64,000 bases of DNA, from contig NC_042999.1 of the NCBI RefSeq assembly GCF_006345805.1, positions 25,916,001-25,980,000 of the forward strand. The letters are read 5' to 3'. Origin of the DNA: Octopus sinensis. Taxonomy: Eukaryota. A program made the position numbers and the translations under genes. Shown here piece after piece: positions 27,715 through 41,408 of the stretch. How positions within the stretch are numbered: the stretch's first letter is position 1; each line of letters opens with the position of its first letter. Under the pieces are notes generated by a model. The model did not search any database and had not been told where the DNA came from. It saw only the letters and a program-made list of their open reading frames with translations.

Positions 27715-27895
27715 ATAACGGGAAGGTTTACGAAACTAAACAAAAGACGAAGGCAGGTGGAGTACAAACAAACAAATGTATTTGAATGGCGCCCAGGAAT
27801 AGAAATAGAACAAGTCTTTTACGTTTCGAGCCTACGCTCTTCGAGAGAGAGAGAGATACACAGAAAAAAACAAGGAGAGAAACAAGGTATATACT
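27715..27895 (-). mobile_element. Short element retaining the 3' half of a hammerhead-like motif
   Basis: Minus strand GA A GAGC-GTAG-GCTC GAAAC GTA AAAG; 5' core replaced by (TC)n. Confidence 0.45.
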
Positions 27896-28504
27896 CTGGC
27901 AGGCTAATACACAACAAGAGGAATTATTGTTCTACATTCCATTTTTTTTCAAGTACCGGCTTATTCTGCATATTCAAAAGTCAATATGTTAGCAAACGAT
28001 CATGCAAGTTACCTGGGTTTGGTAATTTGATCTCAGAAAAACTTTATGATAATTTAATTTCAATTCCTAATTTAAAACGTGTTCTAAGATTGATGTCGAT
28101 AACAGTTTACTACGAAACTTAATATTCAGAGGCATAGAGATATGGTGAGTAAATACACAAGCATTTGCATATGCACACACACACAGTAGACACAAAAGCA
28201 TGTATGTACACTTAAATACGCACTTAAGTGCACACGCATAAATGCACGCACACACACAGAAACGTACACAAAAATACAATAAAAAGAAAAACCCACAAAC
28301 GTGCACATGCGTGTATGAGGATCATTCTCCCATATATTCGTATATATATTCGTATATACATTTCAATTTAGAAGATATGAGAGACTAGAGAGACACTTTA
28401 ATTACCTTTCATCTGATGTCATCAGACAGATTACCAACATATGTAATGAATAGTAAATAAAGTATGCCCTTTTATTTAAGGCACCATGTTTCTATTAAGG
28501 TACC

Positions 28505-28719
28505 TATTTCTTTATTACCCACAAGGGGCTAAAGACAGAGGGGACAAACAAGGACAGACATAGGTATTAAGTCGATTACATCGACCCCAGTGCGTAACTG
28601 GTACTTAATTTATCGAACCCGAAAGGATGAAAGGCAAAGTCGACCTCGGCGGAATTTGACAGACGAAATACGGCTACGCATTTCGCCCGGCGTGCTAACG
28701 TTTCTGCCAGCTCGCCGCC
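28505..28719 (-). mobile_element. tRNA-SINE family C with 14-bp TSD
   Basis: TCTATTAAGGTACC at 28491-28504 and 28720-28733. Confidence 0.93.
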
Positions 28720-29061
28720 TCTATTAAGGTACCATTTAGATACCCATTAACATTGAGATTACTCAGTTAAATGTAAGACTTATTTATTCACATTTTTTTT
28801 TTTTTAATTGGTTATGCATTGCCTTGTTGCTTTTCAACTTCGATGATGTGATTCCCATATTTTTTTTTAGATATTTCAGGGCAGGTACGAGAGGCCAGAC
28901 TTGCTAGTTTTTGCATAAAACAGGCAGATTATTTGAGCATGATATGGGTGGTTTAAATATTAAATCATTAATACTTCAAATATCAGTTATATCAGGTTTC
29001 ATTAAAATACACCAGGTGTGAGTAATATGAAATTCCATCTGAACAAATCAGACATCATCAA

Positions 29062-29276
29062 TGAGCTGGCAGAATCGTTAGTACGCCGGGCGAAATGCGT
29101 AGCCGTATTTCGTCTGCCGTTACTTTCTGAGTTCAAATTCCGCCGAGGTCGACATTCCCTTTCATCCTTTCGGGGTCGATAAATTAAGTACCAGTTACGC
29201 ACTGGGGTCGATATAATCGACTTAATCCGTTTGTTTGTCCCCTCTGTGTTTAGCTCCTTGTGGGTAGTAAAGAAAC
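29062..29276 (+). mobile_element. tRNA-SINE family C
   Basis: GAGCTGGCAGAATCGTTAG head plus full body. Confidence 0.92.
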
Positions 29277-29742
29277 AAAATATCAGATGGCATCTTAGGG
29301 CACCAGAATTTAGCGATGTCAAAGCTAATCTTAAGACGCTGTTTTTCCAGTGACTAGGAGAACGAATTCCTGAAATGTTATTTGACAGTTAACCTCATCT
29401 TAATCTTAAGAATAACTCTAGAAACAATACAAACTACAACATACGAGATTATGCACAAATGAAACACATTTTATAAGAGCTAGACCAAAGGTCGCACAGG
29501 GAAATGAAATTGCATTAGTAGCATGCGTTTCTCGTCTCCTCTATCACTTACCTCAAGGTATTGAAATCTTGGTCAGTAACAATCTACTGTTAACGTTCGA
29601 AAACTACATACTCTTTCTTTATGTCAGTGCCATAATTTTGATTCGATATCTGACAGTTATTTTCTATATGTTTCAGTTTGATGTTTGTGCGTATATATAT
29701 ATATGTAAATATGGCGAGTAAATACACAAGAATTTGCAAACG

Positions 29743-29792
<50 letters not shown>

Positions 29793-29799
29793 CACACAC

Positions 29800-29960
29800 A
29801 TAAATATATATACATTTCAGTTTCTCTCTAGCAAATCCACTCTCACGGCTTTGGTTGACCTGAGGCTATAGCGGAAGACACTTGCCCAAGGTTGTCAGGC
29901 AGAGGGACTAAAGCCAGTACCACGTGATTGGGAAGCAACCTACTAACCGCACACCCACGA
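29800..29960 (-). mobile_element. SINE family A, 5' part
   Basis: AAATCCACTC..GGCTTTGGTTGACCTGAGGCTATAG..GAAGACACTTGCCCAAGG. Confidence 0.75.
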
Positions 29961-29966
29961 CTACGC

Positions 29967-30003
<37 letters not shown>

Positions 30004-30214
30004 CACATATATAGATATATATATATTGTTATACCTGTTTACACACACGCACACGCACACTCACATCTACACACACTTACATATATGTATTCATATCTAT
30101 AAAACAAAGAACATACTTTGCCTGAAACTGTTCCAAGTTTTCTTTAATTCATAGGACAGAAAAAATCTCTAACGCTAATATTGTCTTGTCCATTCACTTA
30201 CTCATGTTTACATC

Positions 30215-30585
30215 GGCGCAGTTCTGGGTATATCATAGTTCCGGGTTCAATTCCAGTGCATGGCACATTGGGCAAGTGTCTTCTACTATGACGTCGGGTC
30301 TACAAAAGCCTTGTGAGTGGATTTCGTAGCCGGAAACTGAAAGAAGCCCGACGAGAATACATATGTATACCTCTTTGTGTGTTTGTGTATCTTTGTACCA
30401 GTGCTTGCCTCCCACGACCGCTGGACGACCGGTGTTAGTGTGTTTACGCCTTAGTAGCCTAGAATTTCAGCGAAAGAGACCGATAGAATAAATACTAGGT
30501 TTAAACAAAAGTAAAATTCTTCAAAGCGGTGCCTCAGCATGGCCGTCCTCAAATGACTGAAACAAGCAAAAGATAAAAGATATAC
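30215..30585 (+). mobile_element. tRNA-SINE family A
   Basis: GGGTTCAATTCC B-box, GGGCAAGTGTCTTCTACTAT, GTGAGTGGATTT, tail TGACTGAAACAAG.AAAAGATAAAAGA. Confidence 0.85.
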
Positions 30586-31084
30586 ATAAAGCTATGAATG
30601 CATACAGATTTGTGTGTGTATGTGTACGTGCGTGTTTGTTTAGGATTGTATGAATTTGTTATATATAAATTCTATTCTGTTGATTAATCGATAGGTGAAT
30701 GCGATTCATTGGTTGGACATTACTTTCTGAACTATATGTAAATAGTGATGAAATTCTTAACACTATCAATAGATTAATACAAGTGATTATTCGTTTGAAA
30801 AGACTTTCTTTGGTTGAAATAGATAGATCGAAGTAAATCTCTTTGAATATCATCAGATAATTTATTAACGTACGACCGCCACAATGTAGCATACATACAT
30901 ACGTTTATACGAGAATGCATAGAAACATACATGATAATACACACACATATATACAAAATAAAGGTATATATATATGTATATATATATATATGCATATGTA
31001 TGTATGTACCTATCTATCTCTCTCTCTCTATATATATACACATATGTATATATATATATGTATGTGTACATGTATATATATATA

Positions 31085-31141
<57 letters not shown>

Positions 31142-31191
31142 AATGTATATAAATATATATATATATATATGTGTGCGTGTGTATATATGTG

Positions 31192-31227
<36 letters not shown>

Positions 31228-31518
31228 TATGTGTGTGTGTTTGTGTACATTTGTGCATCTGTGTCTACGTTTAGTATATAAAATTTATACGTATTTCCTT
31301 TTTAAGCCTCGTCTAACAAGTTTGATAATATGAATATATGTCTTAGTTTCCACTGACAGACGTAAAATCTCGCTACTCGTGATTAAATTGCTTTCGTCAC
31401 ATTCAATGTGAATCTGTCAGGAAAATCCGAGTTAAAATACGGCTGAGAGAATTAAATTCAACAGTTTTCTCTCTCTCTCTCTCTTTCACTCTCTCTCTCA
31501 CTCTTACTCTCTGTATAT

Positions 31519-31597
<79 letters not shown>

Positions 31598-32292
31598 TGT
31601 ATGTGTTTGTGTGTGTGTTTGGATAAAATAGCATACTTAACATTCATAACGTATATGTTATGTATGATGTCTATATATTTATGTTTTTTTAATACAAAAT
31701 CAAAGTCTTTCAACCTTCCAAGTATATATTGTAACATTGTACTGCATTGGATATAGCATGAGCATAGAAACTTGTTTAAAGTATATACTTGCTCCAATGG
31801 GAAACATTTCATTTTATATCAAAATATGTGAAAATATCTAGCAATCAAATACTTCAAAGTGTTTCGTGGCTTTTAAAGTTTGTATCGGTTTCTAGTTAAA
31901 CAAGAAAAAAAAACATGGAAACACGGATATTTCTCTTTCAACTTTTCCTGTAGTGTAGAGGTGTGCTTTATCTAATATGTTATTATTATTGTTGATGCCA
32001 TCTACCTGACGCAAAATTTTCACCATTATAAAATAGGTCACACAACAATAATTTACCTGGATTTCAATTCAATAACGCTGTGTACAAACTCTATACTTGG
32101 AATGAACAGTTTTAAATACTATTGGAACTTACTCACAAGGTATTGGAATCTTATATGTATACCATTCTGCCTAAATAATGGATCTACAGATGCAATATCC
32201 CTGCATATCCTACGTCTATTTTCATTCCTCCACTTCACGCTCTATTTTATATCGTATCTAAAATAACTATTGCGTAAGTATTTTCTCACACC

Positions 32293-32340
32293 GTCTCCGA
32301 TGAAGGGATATATAAAATATCCTGGAAACAGCTGTAAGAC
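32293..32340 (+). ncRNA. Minimal type-I hammerhead-like motif, C4 variant
   Basis: GTCT CCGATGA A GGGATAT-ataaa-ATATCCT G GAAAC AGCT GTA AGAC; palindromic stem III ACAGCTGT. Confidence 0.65.
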
Positions 32341-32511
32341 CTTCTATTTTTAAATGTTCTAAAATCTTTTACAGGCTTGGATTTTTATCTCATTCTGAAA
32401 TTTTTTATACTCCTCATTCGCATAATCAACGAACTCAGAGCTTAACTATAGTCTGTCCAACGCACTTACTCATCATTACCAGGCACCTTTGGGTGTTATT
32501 GACAACATTAC

Positions 32512-32559
<48 letters not shown>

Positions 32560-32758
32560 TATATATATATATGCATATATGTATGTATGTGTGTATGCAT
32601 ATATATACATATTTACACATGGATTTTTATGTATACATACGCATATATAACTTCATATATGTACATAAATACGTATAGATATGTTTGTGTGTGGGCATGT
32701 TTGATATATACATGTACATATATACTTATGAATACATATGCATACACAAACACGTCTA

Positions 32759-33603
32759 TTGGGTTGGCAAGAACGTAATTTCGGTTTTTTGGTGTGAAAT
32801 AAAAGTAATTTTTTTCATAAAAGATTTATATATTATATATTTTCTATTTTCCATTTTGTTCGATGACCTTTTGTCACCTTTCTGGCAACATCTGCACTCA
32901 TAGAACTTCTGGTTCCTATCACCTAAAAACTGACGCAAGTGCTATTTCAAATTATCATAATTATTGAAAATTTTACCATTTAAAGAGTTTTGCAAACTTC
33001 GAAATAAATGGTAATCTGGTGGTGCAAGATAAGGGCTATCGCAAATATTCATACATTGTGTTACGGGAATATTTTAATTTATGTGGAACCCACATATCAA
33101 GCTTCTTAGCGAGTCCAAAACATTTAATGTGATTTTCAATTGTTGTGTGTGATATATTTAACCTCTCCGCAATCGCTCGCACAGTTATATGACAATAAGT
33201 TTCAATTACGGCTTTGATTCGGTCAACATCATCTTAAGTAGGGCGACCGGAACGCTGGTCATCTTTGAGTGAAAAATCTCCAGAACGGAATTTTTTAAAC
33301 GATTTCTGTCATGTGGGTTCTTCTAAGTAATCAATACCATAAATTTCACATATTTCTCTGTGAGCCTCAGCAGCATTCTTGCCTTTACGGAAATAAAACA
33401 GCAAAATATAGCGAAAATGATGGTTTTTGGACTCCATATTAAAATTCAAACTCAATTAACAGCTGTCAACAAAATTACTTCTAAAGTTAGCCAAAAGTAA
33501 CGGCTATCAATGTGAAATGGAAAAAGTCATAACATTGACAAAAGTGAATATTAAAAATCGAAACTCTATTTGCGTAAACGAAATTACTTTCTTGAGAACC
33601 CAA
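32759..33603 (-). mobile_element. Internally deleted mariner, mellifera-subfamily-like
   Basis: TA-flanked TIRs TTGGGTT..CAAGAA.GTAATTTCG; ATG at 33437 gives MESKNHHFRYILLFYFRKGKNAAEAH..FRSGDFSLKD..RSGRP..WVPHKL, joined to ..LAPPDYHLFRSLQNSLNGK. Confidence 0.93.
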
Positions 33604-34138
33604 TATTTACTGAACATGCATAACGCGTACACGCGCACACACACTTATACACACATTTTTAAAATAAATACGAAGCACAGACGCAGAAGCACATGTTACA
33701 TTTGATGAATCGCCCCTTTACTCTGCATTCTTCTTCCAAAACGAGTCATAATGTTTTTACCAGCCATTCTCGAACACCAGATCACGCGCAATACTTTTAG
33801 GCTTGACCTATTCCCCACTGCAATTTCTTCCCTGCATCCTTGCCGACTTGCTCATCAAAGTTATCTCTTGGATTTTATGCTGTTTCTTTGCATTCTTGAG
33901 ACAACGTAAGAAATTTTCAAAATGTTTTTATCAGCTTCTTTGACAATTTCACAGAATTTATACATTGATATTATTTTTCCTATTTTAGTTTAATTCTATC
34001 AGAAAATGTGTTTCATTCTGCTGTGTAAATTTTTTATATATAATAGACCCAGGCATAGATCTGTGTTGAAAAGTTTACTTCCCAACCATATACATCTCAA
34101 TGTGTGTGACAGCGTCATGGGCCACTATTTCCACAGTG

Positions 34139-34358
34139 GAAGAAGAAGAAGAAGAAGAAGAAGAAGAAGAAGAAGGAGAAGAAGAAGAAGAAGAAGAAGA
34201 AGAAGAAGAAGAAGAAGAAGAAGAAGAAGAAGAAGAAGAAGAAGAAGAAAAGAAGAAGAAGAAGAAGAAGAAGAAGAAGAAGAAGAAGAAAAAGAAGAAG
34301 ACGAAGAAGAAGAAGAATAAGAAGAAGAAGAAGAAGAAGAGAAGAAGAAGAAGAAGAA
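34139..34358. repeat. (GAA)n microsatellite
   Basis: Directly visible. Confidence 0.98.
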
Positions 34359-36744
34359 ATGTTCTTCAGTCTCATACTTGTCCTTTATCTAGGAATGATA
34401 TGATCCAAGTTTTTCAAACCTTAACCATCACAATTTTTTTCTTTGTATTGAAACTGGGAATTACACTATCCAATTAGTCCCTGCTTTCAAAACTGACGAG
34501 TATGATTTGAAAGACATTTGCCTCAATTTTGTAGCAGATCACACAACAACTGAGATGTTCTGGCGGAGATTGTATCCTTTGGATATATCCAATGTAATTG
34601 TACAAGTTATGAATTGCAGCAACATATCCTTTAATCACAAATCACGGAATTTAAGTCAAAAGCAATGTAACCCTAAGAGTACAAATATATGTAATACTTA
34701 GGCAGAAATGCGTTCTATCATCAGAGTTCTGTTGTTAGAATCTCACAGCAGCATCTATGTTAGTCATTATCAATGGATGTTGTATGCTCTCTATGGAAGC
34801 TTAAAGAAATTTTAGGCTGTTGCATTGAATTATACCTACTTGATCAGACACGCCATTTGGTCAGACAGGAGTAGCCTTGAAGGTGGATAAAGTCACAAGA
34901 TTTACGAAAAGGTAAAAGCTGGAGAGCACCATCGCTTGAATTCACAAACCGAAATATTATGGGAGTTTCTAGAGGAAAAACACAACATGATCTGGAGAAG
35001 CCAACTTTTCAGCCTTTATTTCAGATTTTGAGCTAAACATGACCGGCTTTTCAATGTATCCTAGTTTTTTTACACATTTACTTTTCTTCTTTCAAGCATT
35101 TGATTATCATTTGGAGGATACTTGACTGATGTTTCTAGCTTACAGTACTACGTAGCTGACTTCTGCATTGTTTTGTTAAATATATAGAGACACCAGGAAT
35201 AGAAAATTTCTCCATTCTAAATAATTAGGTGTATACTCAATAAAGTACTCCTTATTCGACTCCTGCACTCAGATGCCGGCTTTGTTTTAGTAAAAAAACT
35301 TGGTTTTGTCGCAGCCAAACGTATTCTTCAAAATGAAAATTGACTGCAATCCTATTGTATTACGCGGGAATGGTTAGTGGATAACATTAAATTATTAACA
35401 GTTAACAGTAATTCATAATTCATTAAGATTCATATACCATTAGCAGACTACTTTCCATTAAAGAAAAACATCTGGACTGTCAAATTAATGCTAATAATGG
35501 AAATAATTCGAAGTTACCTGTTAATATCTTCAAAACAGCATTATTTCTATGTGTATAATCCTTTTATAATCCTGAATGATACACCGTTAATATCATTCCT
35601 AATTCCGGAATATCCACACATAACAAAGAAGGCTTCTTCTCCACAATCCATCCATCGCCTCTCTCAGATCCAACTAACGATTAGCAGACATGACAAGCAG
35701 GCAGAAGCAGCCATCAACGTATCATAGTCAGCAGCTAACAACTCTACCGCCAGATCAGAACTAACCAATGACAAACAGCTTCATACAAAATTTGAGAACG
35801 ACTTGATGCCCAGCAATAGCTATCGAAATCGTCTGGGGCAATTTTGCTAAAGTTTAAGTAAGAGTAGCCTTTGTCAAATTGCTAGTACACGTAAATAGGC
35901 AGTCTACGATTCAAATCAGTGTCACATAATGTGGTAAGGGTGGACTTTTCAGTTCAAGTATACTTCTTACCGACACGCATGAACGCAGTTTCTGTCAATC
36001 TGCTATCACTCACACGCTTTGTGTTGAAATAAGACTTAAAAAGTAAGTAGCCAATATGCCACACGTAAGGTTCGAAGTGGGACCTACATCATGTATGTAT
36101 AATGCAATACATACTCCCAAACTTTCATTAGGAGAGTAGAGTGTAATATTAGTGATGTTTGGATATTACTTCCAGTTGGTGATGTAAACCCCTTCTTCTA
36201 CCAGGATGACTTGTTGAAATTATCGTTTAAAGGCACAGTGGTATATGTGGGACCAAATATTTTGATATTTGATAAGAATACTGTATTAACTAACTAAACG
36301 GAAACTATGTTTTAACTCATAATATTCCTGTTGAGCTAGACACATTATCGAACACTTGTTTCGAGTTACCAGCCCGTCTACTTCTCAGATTTAACGAGCC
36401 TCAGATTACAATATTCTATTTTTCTGTTTTTTTAAGACGACACCCGTGAATGTGGTTGCCATTTCTTGCAGCTGGATAGATCACAAAAGGCTTTCATGTT
36501 GGATCAAGGTTTGTTGAATATGGCAAGAAGAAGAAATGCCAGTTTAGCATTATGATATTTCCAAACTTCTTAATTGAACTCTTAATAAGTACCACATTTA
36601 GCTGTACTAGATTATTGTATATCACAGTAATTTCTATTTTCGAAATTTAGTGTATGTTACATTTACGATACTGAATTCGATGGAAAATACTACGAATCTC
36701 CAGCATTTTGTAGAGTGTATTTAGTTAGATATAACCTTGAAAAA

Positions 36745-38227
36745 CATATTTAAATAATTAAACTATACTGGAGTCAATGAGACATACCTAATAAGAAATG
36801 GCATTCTCTGCTGGAAAAATTTGATCAGAGAACTTACCTAAAATTAAACAAACACTACAATAACGTCTTTCTTGGTACTAAAATAAGTGAGCTCTGTGGA
36901 TGGTAGACTCACAAGAAAGATTAGTAATATACTCTTTTTTACTCTTTTACTTGTTTCAGTCATTTGAATGTGGCCATACTGGAGCACCACCTTTAGTCGA
37001 GCAAATCGATCGCAGGACTTATTCTTTGTAAGCCCAGTACTTATTCTATCGGAGTAAGAATTTGACACTATACAGAATAGAAATTTGCTGGATGTGTACC
37101 ATTGCAAAAATTCAGGCGAATTTACTCTTTAATATTTTTCATTCAAAACGTATCTAAGAGGTGGTATGAAAAGGTTCGGAACTAGTTACATTTGATAAAA
37201 AAATAACTTGTTTACCAAAGTTTTAACATTATCTCCTTCGAAATAATCACATTGCGATTCAATAGACCAGTCCGTGTTCCTGCCCCTTAGAATGCAGCCT
37301 GGGAGTAGTTTTCTGTAACCGAATCAAGAACGTTCTGCGATTCGCTCAGTTTCTCGAGAACGGTGTTAAAACGGTGACCTCTGAGTTGTAATTTCCTCTT
37401 GCAGGTGTTAAATCTGGCGAGTAAGGCGGGTGCAGAACCGATACCATGGATTTTAGGCGGGGCTCGGTGACAGTGTACATTGTCGTCGTGATAAATCCAA
37501 TTCTTTGTGCTCCACAGGTCCGGTCGGATTTGAAGCGCTTTTGGAGCGCCCATGTCACTCGAAGCATTGTATACGGCCGAAAACTTGCCTCATCGCCGAA
37601 AGCTTGCCGAAGCATGCTCAATGTCTCTGAAGCATATTTTTCAAATTTAACGGAAAATTTCCCGCTAGCGCTCTGTTCCTGTCTATAAAAAAAATCGCAA
37701 AAACAGCATACACGTGGTCATGGAAACAGAAATTTCACAACTTGCGAAGTAAACACAGCGATATGACTCGGCACACTACCTCATGAATATCACTGCTAGC
37801 TCTCACTGAACATGCTACCGAGTACTACCATCTGTTGACGCGCTACAGAAGTAGCCAGGGAGCTTTTTGATACGACCTCGCACATCATTTAGAATAAAAA
37901 GCTTTATTCATTGTCTTTCTCATATTTAAATAATTAAACTATACTGGAGTCAATCAGACATACCTAATAAGAAATGGCATTCTCTGCTGGAAAAATTTGA
38001 TCAGAGAACTTACCTAAAATTAAACAAACACTACAATAACGTCTTTCTTGGTACTAAAATAATTGAGCTCCGTGGATGGTAGACTCACAAGAAAGATTAG
38101 TAATATACTCGTTTTACTCATTTTCTTGTTTCAGTCATTTGACTGTGGCCATACTGGAGCACCACCTTTAGTCGAGAAAATCGATCCCAGGACTTATTCT
38201 TTGTAAGCCTAGTACTTATTCTATCGG
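36745..38227. repeat. ~308-bp direct duplication (36745-37052 and 37921-38227) bracketing a mariner relic
   Basis: Colinear copies with about ten differences. Confidence 0.93.
37157..37880 (-). mobile_element. Deleted mariner (DD34D-type) relic
   Basis: Imperfect TIRs GAGGT.GTAT.AAAA; MLRQAFGDEA, RPDLWSTKNWIYHDDNVHCH, HPPYSPDLTP. Confidence 0.88.
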
Positions 38228-38501
38228 TCTCTTTTGCCGAACCGCTAAGTTACGTAGACATAAACACATCAACATCGGTTGTCAAGCGATGCTGGGAGGA
38301 CAAACACATACACACATACATATATATGACATATATACGACGGGCTTCTTTCAGTTTCTGTCTACCAAATCCACTCACAAGGCTTTGGTTGACCCGAGGC
38401 TATAGTAGAAGACACTTGCACAAGGTGCCACGTAGTGGGACTGAAACCTGAACCATGTGGTCGATAAGCAAGCTACTTACCACACAGCCACTCCTACGCC
38501 T
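38112..38501 (-). mobile_element. Full-length tRNA-SINE family A
   Basis: Head AGGCGTAGGAGTGGCTGTGTGG with B-box-like region; internal (CA/TA)n; TGACTGAAACAAG tail. Confidence 0.9.
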
Positions 38502-39990
38502 AAATATTTCGCACCATTTAGTTACGCCTATTTGAGTTCAAAATTTGCGGATATCGACATTATATTTCATGTCTCCTGTAACAGAAATTTTACTTCAATG
38601 CTCCGACTTCTCAAACTCACGGTTATAATCAATGAAGAAATAATTCTTTCAGTACCACGCAAATAGTATAGTGAGGAACATGAGATTAACCTAATATCTC
38701 TCCTTCGAATTTGCAACCTTGTTCCTGCGTTAGAAATCGTTATTTTTGTTCTTATATTGATCACTGAATTTACTGATGACAAATGCCTCGTATTTTTTGT
38801 GACCAAATGTATTATTTTAATTGACAGAACACTTTGTATGTTTAACATATCTGCTGTTCCCAATTTTACTAAATGACATGGTAATTAACAATTACAATCA
38901 AATCGCGAACTGAGTATTTGATGTAAAGCTGGGCAAATCCGCCAGGTAAATGTGTTTTTATACTTGTTGCAGGGCACATAGGAAGTTGCTTTGAGTACTG
39001 TTAATTCTCATATTGCTGATCAGAAATTGAAGAAACTGAAGTAAAATCTACTATTAAAAAATAGATGAACCTTGAAATGAAACTGAGTAGTCTGGGATTA
39101 TATCGGTCATATCGAAAACATATCGTATAAGTAGTGATTAATGATGTATTATGAAATGTGTTATTTTGATTGACAGAACACTTTGTAGTTTAGAAAATGC
39201 CATGAGATTGTATAAAGTTAATGATTTTACAAATCTAGTTGTCATTGGTAATGCCATATAAATCATTGGTAATCGACGCCACTTCCTTGATAAAAACAAA
39301 ACGTAGAAAAAAGAATATATATCGTGCTGTACAACATTTAAGACTTTATTATAATGCCTAGATTCTTATAGGACTGCCGAAAAAAGCGTTATAGTTGGCA
39401 TGGTGAGCCACATAATTTTACGATAGCCATTAATTTTCTAAACAGTAGTTACATGTACAAGAGAAGTCTAGAGAAAGTGTTTCAACCTGGAACGGAAACC
39501 ATACTGCAGAATCGGTTTTCCAGGTACTGATTCTATCACTACATTACCTAACATTTCGTTTTGACAACATTACAAACTCTTTTAGTTTTGAGTAAGGGAA
39601 AGAGGAAGTTGTGATATTTGCGAGTTAGCGTGCGTTATTGAAGTTAAATGGCTTTCAGCTGGAAAATGAAAGCTCGTCGTGGTTTCGCTTTGCCGGAAGC
39701 TGCCTCCTGCAGTTAGGTGTCTATCAGGTTCTTTAGAAATATTGATTTCTTAATGAGGTAGGATTGTTCAAAGATTATATGTGTATATAGGAAATGGGAA
39801 CGAGTATGTCATTCAGTTTAAAAACTGCCTGTAGCTGTAAACAGCTTGGAGTATTCATATTCAAGCCGTTATATATAAATATACGTGTATACACACACAC
39901 ACATGCGTATATAGATCTATATCTACATACGTATACATACACACACATATATATATATTCTTGTAATATATACATTCATACTTACATACC

Positions 39991-40034
<44 letters not shown>

Positions 40035-40419
40035 ATATATATAATATAATCGATATTTAGCATTGTAGCGTGAGTGTAGATTATGATTACATTTTTTTCT
40101 ATGTTTCTTCAGTATTATTTGGAGCACGAGAGAGCGACAAATAAATTACCTTCTTTATGTGAGTTCTGAGATGTATGCGATCGACGTGGTTGCCTTTCAG
40201 CTTGAAAATTTCAGGTTGATGACTGACGGAAATACGAAGACAGTTATTAATCTATTAACATATTGACGATAACGATGTTTAGCATGGAATGGGTTTATCA
40301 AGCGAAACACTAGAGATGATGACATGAAGATTTATAAAGTTAATGAGCATAAGGTGTATACTTCCTAGTCCTGGGGGGCATAATAGATTACGCTAAGCCA
40401 GATATATTTTTATATTTAT

Positions 40420-40636
40420 TTTACTACTCACAAGGGGCTAACCACAGAGAGGGCAAACAAGGACAGACATACGGATTAAGTCGATTACATCGACCCCAGT
40501 GCGTAACGGGTACTTGATTTATCGACCCCGAAAGGATGAGAGGCAAAGTCAACCTCGGCGAAATTTGAAACCAGAACGTCACGGCAGACGAAATACGGCT
40601 ACGCATTTCGCCTGGCGTGCTAACGTTTCTGCCAGC
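40420..40636 (-). mobile_element. tRNA-SINE family C
   Basis: Same body as the 28505-28719 copy. Confidence 0.92.
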
Positions 40637-41340
40637 ACAAAGTAATACGTATGGAAATAATTCGCATATTTGAAAATTTAAAAATATCCTTTTAGTATGG
40701 TATACGCGTTGTAGAAAATGCGCATATTGTATGGTTTACATATAAATGACTTCACAATAATATGGAGGCAAATTCAGAATCGCTTTTGCTGGAAGGCGTC
40801 TGGGTATTATTGTCCTTTATAGTAAAGTATTCGAGATGCAATTTTAATTAAAAAAAAGGTGAGAAGCCTTATAACTCTAGTTGCATTGAATGTTTCTTGT
40901 ATTAATATGTTTTTGGAGGAATTGAGATCTTGGCAGTGTTCATATTTGAAGTTGAAAAATTCTCACATAATTTCATTAGCTAATGTTCTTACAAATTGCG
41001 GTAAATCTAGTCGATATTGATCCAATGTGTTTCAGGTCGGTACCCTGATAATGACACTATACGCAGTACAATCTAGAAACTAAACTAAATCTCTCGTTGT
41101 CTACGGGCGAATCACAAGCCTTTGTATTATTTGTTGAAAAATATATTTATTCAATCAGTCGCCTTTCTTACATTCATGTGGGATGTGAATCATTGTCCAT
41201 AATTTATTTATTTATTTATTTGTTCAGCAGCAGGGAAATGTCAATGTCTTTTACACTGAACCAGTTTCAAAATAATTAGGAGAAAAATGTTTAATATATT
41301 AATATGTATGTATAAGTATATATGTATATATGTATATATG

Positions 41341-41408
<68 letters not shown>

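Noticed and set aside
28405-28430. CTGATGA..GAAA on the minus strand
   Set aside because: Stems I and III cannot be formed.
31350-31425. CTGACAGA-hairpin-GAAA on the minus strand
   Set aside because: The core has an extra base, stem III is not complementary and stem I is weak.
28860-36520. Possible micro-exons (~28870-28884 and ~36473-36509)
   Set aside because: AG/GT pairs of this quality are common by chance, and there is no supporting homology.
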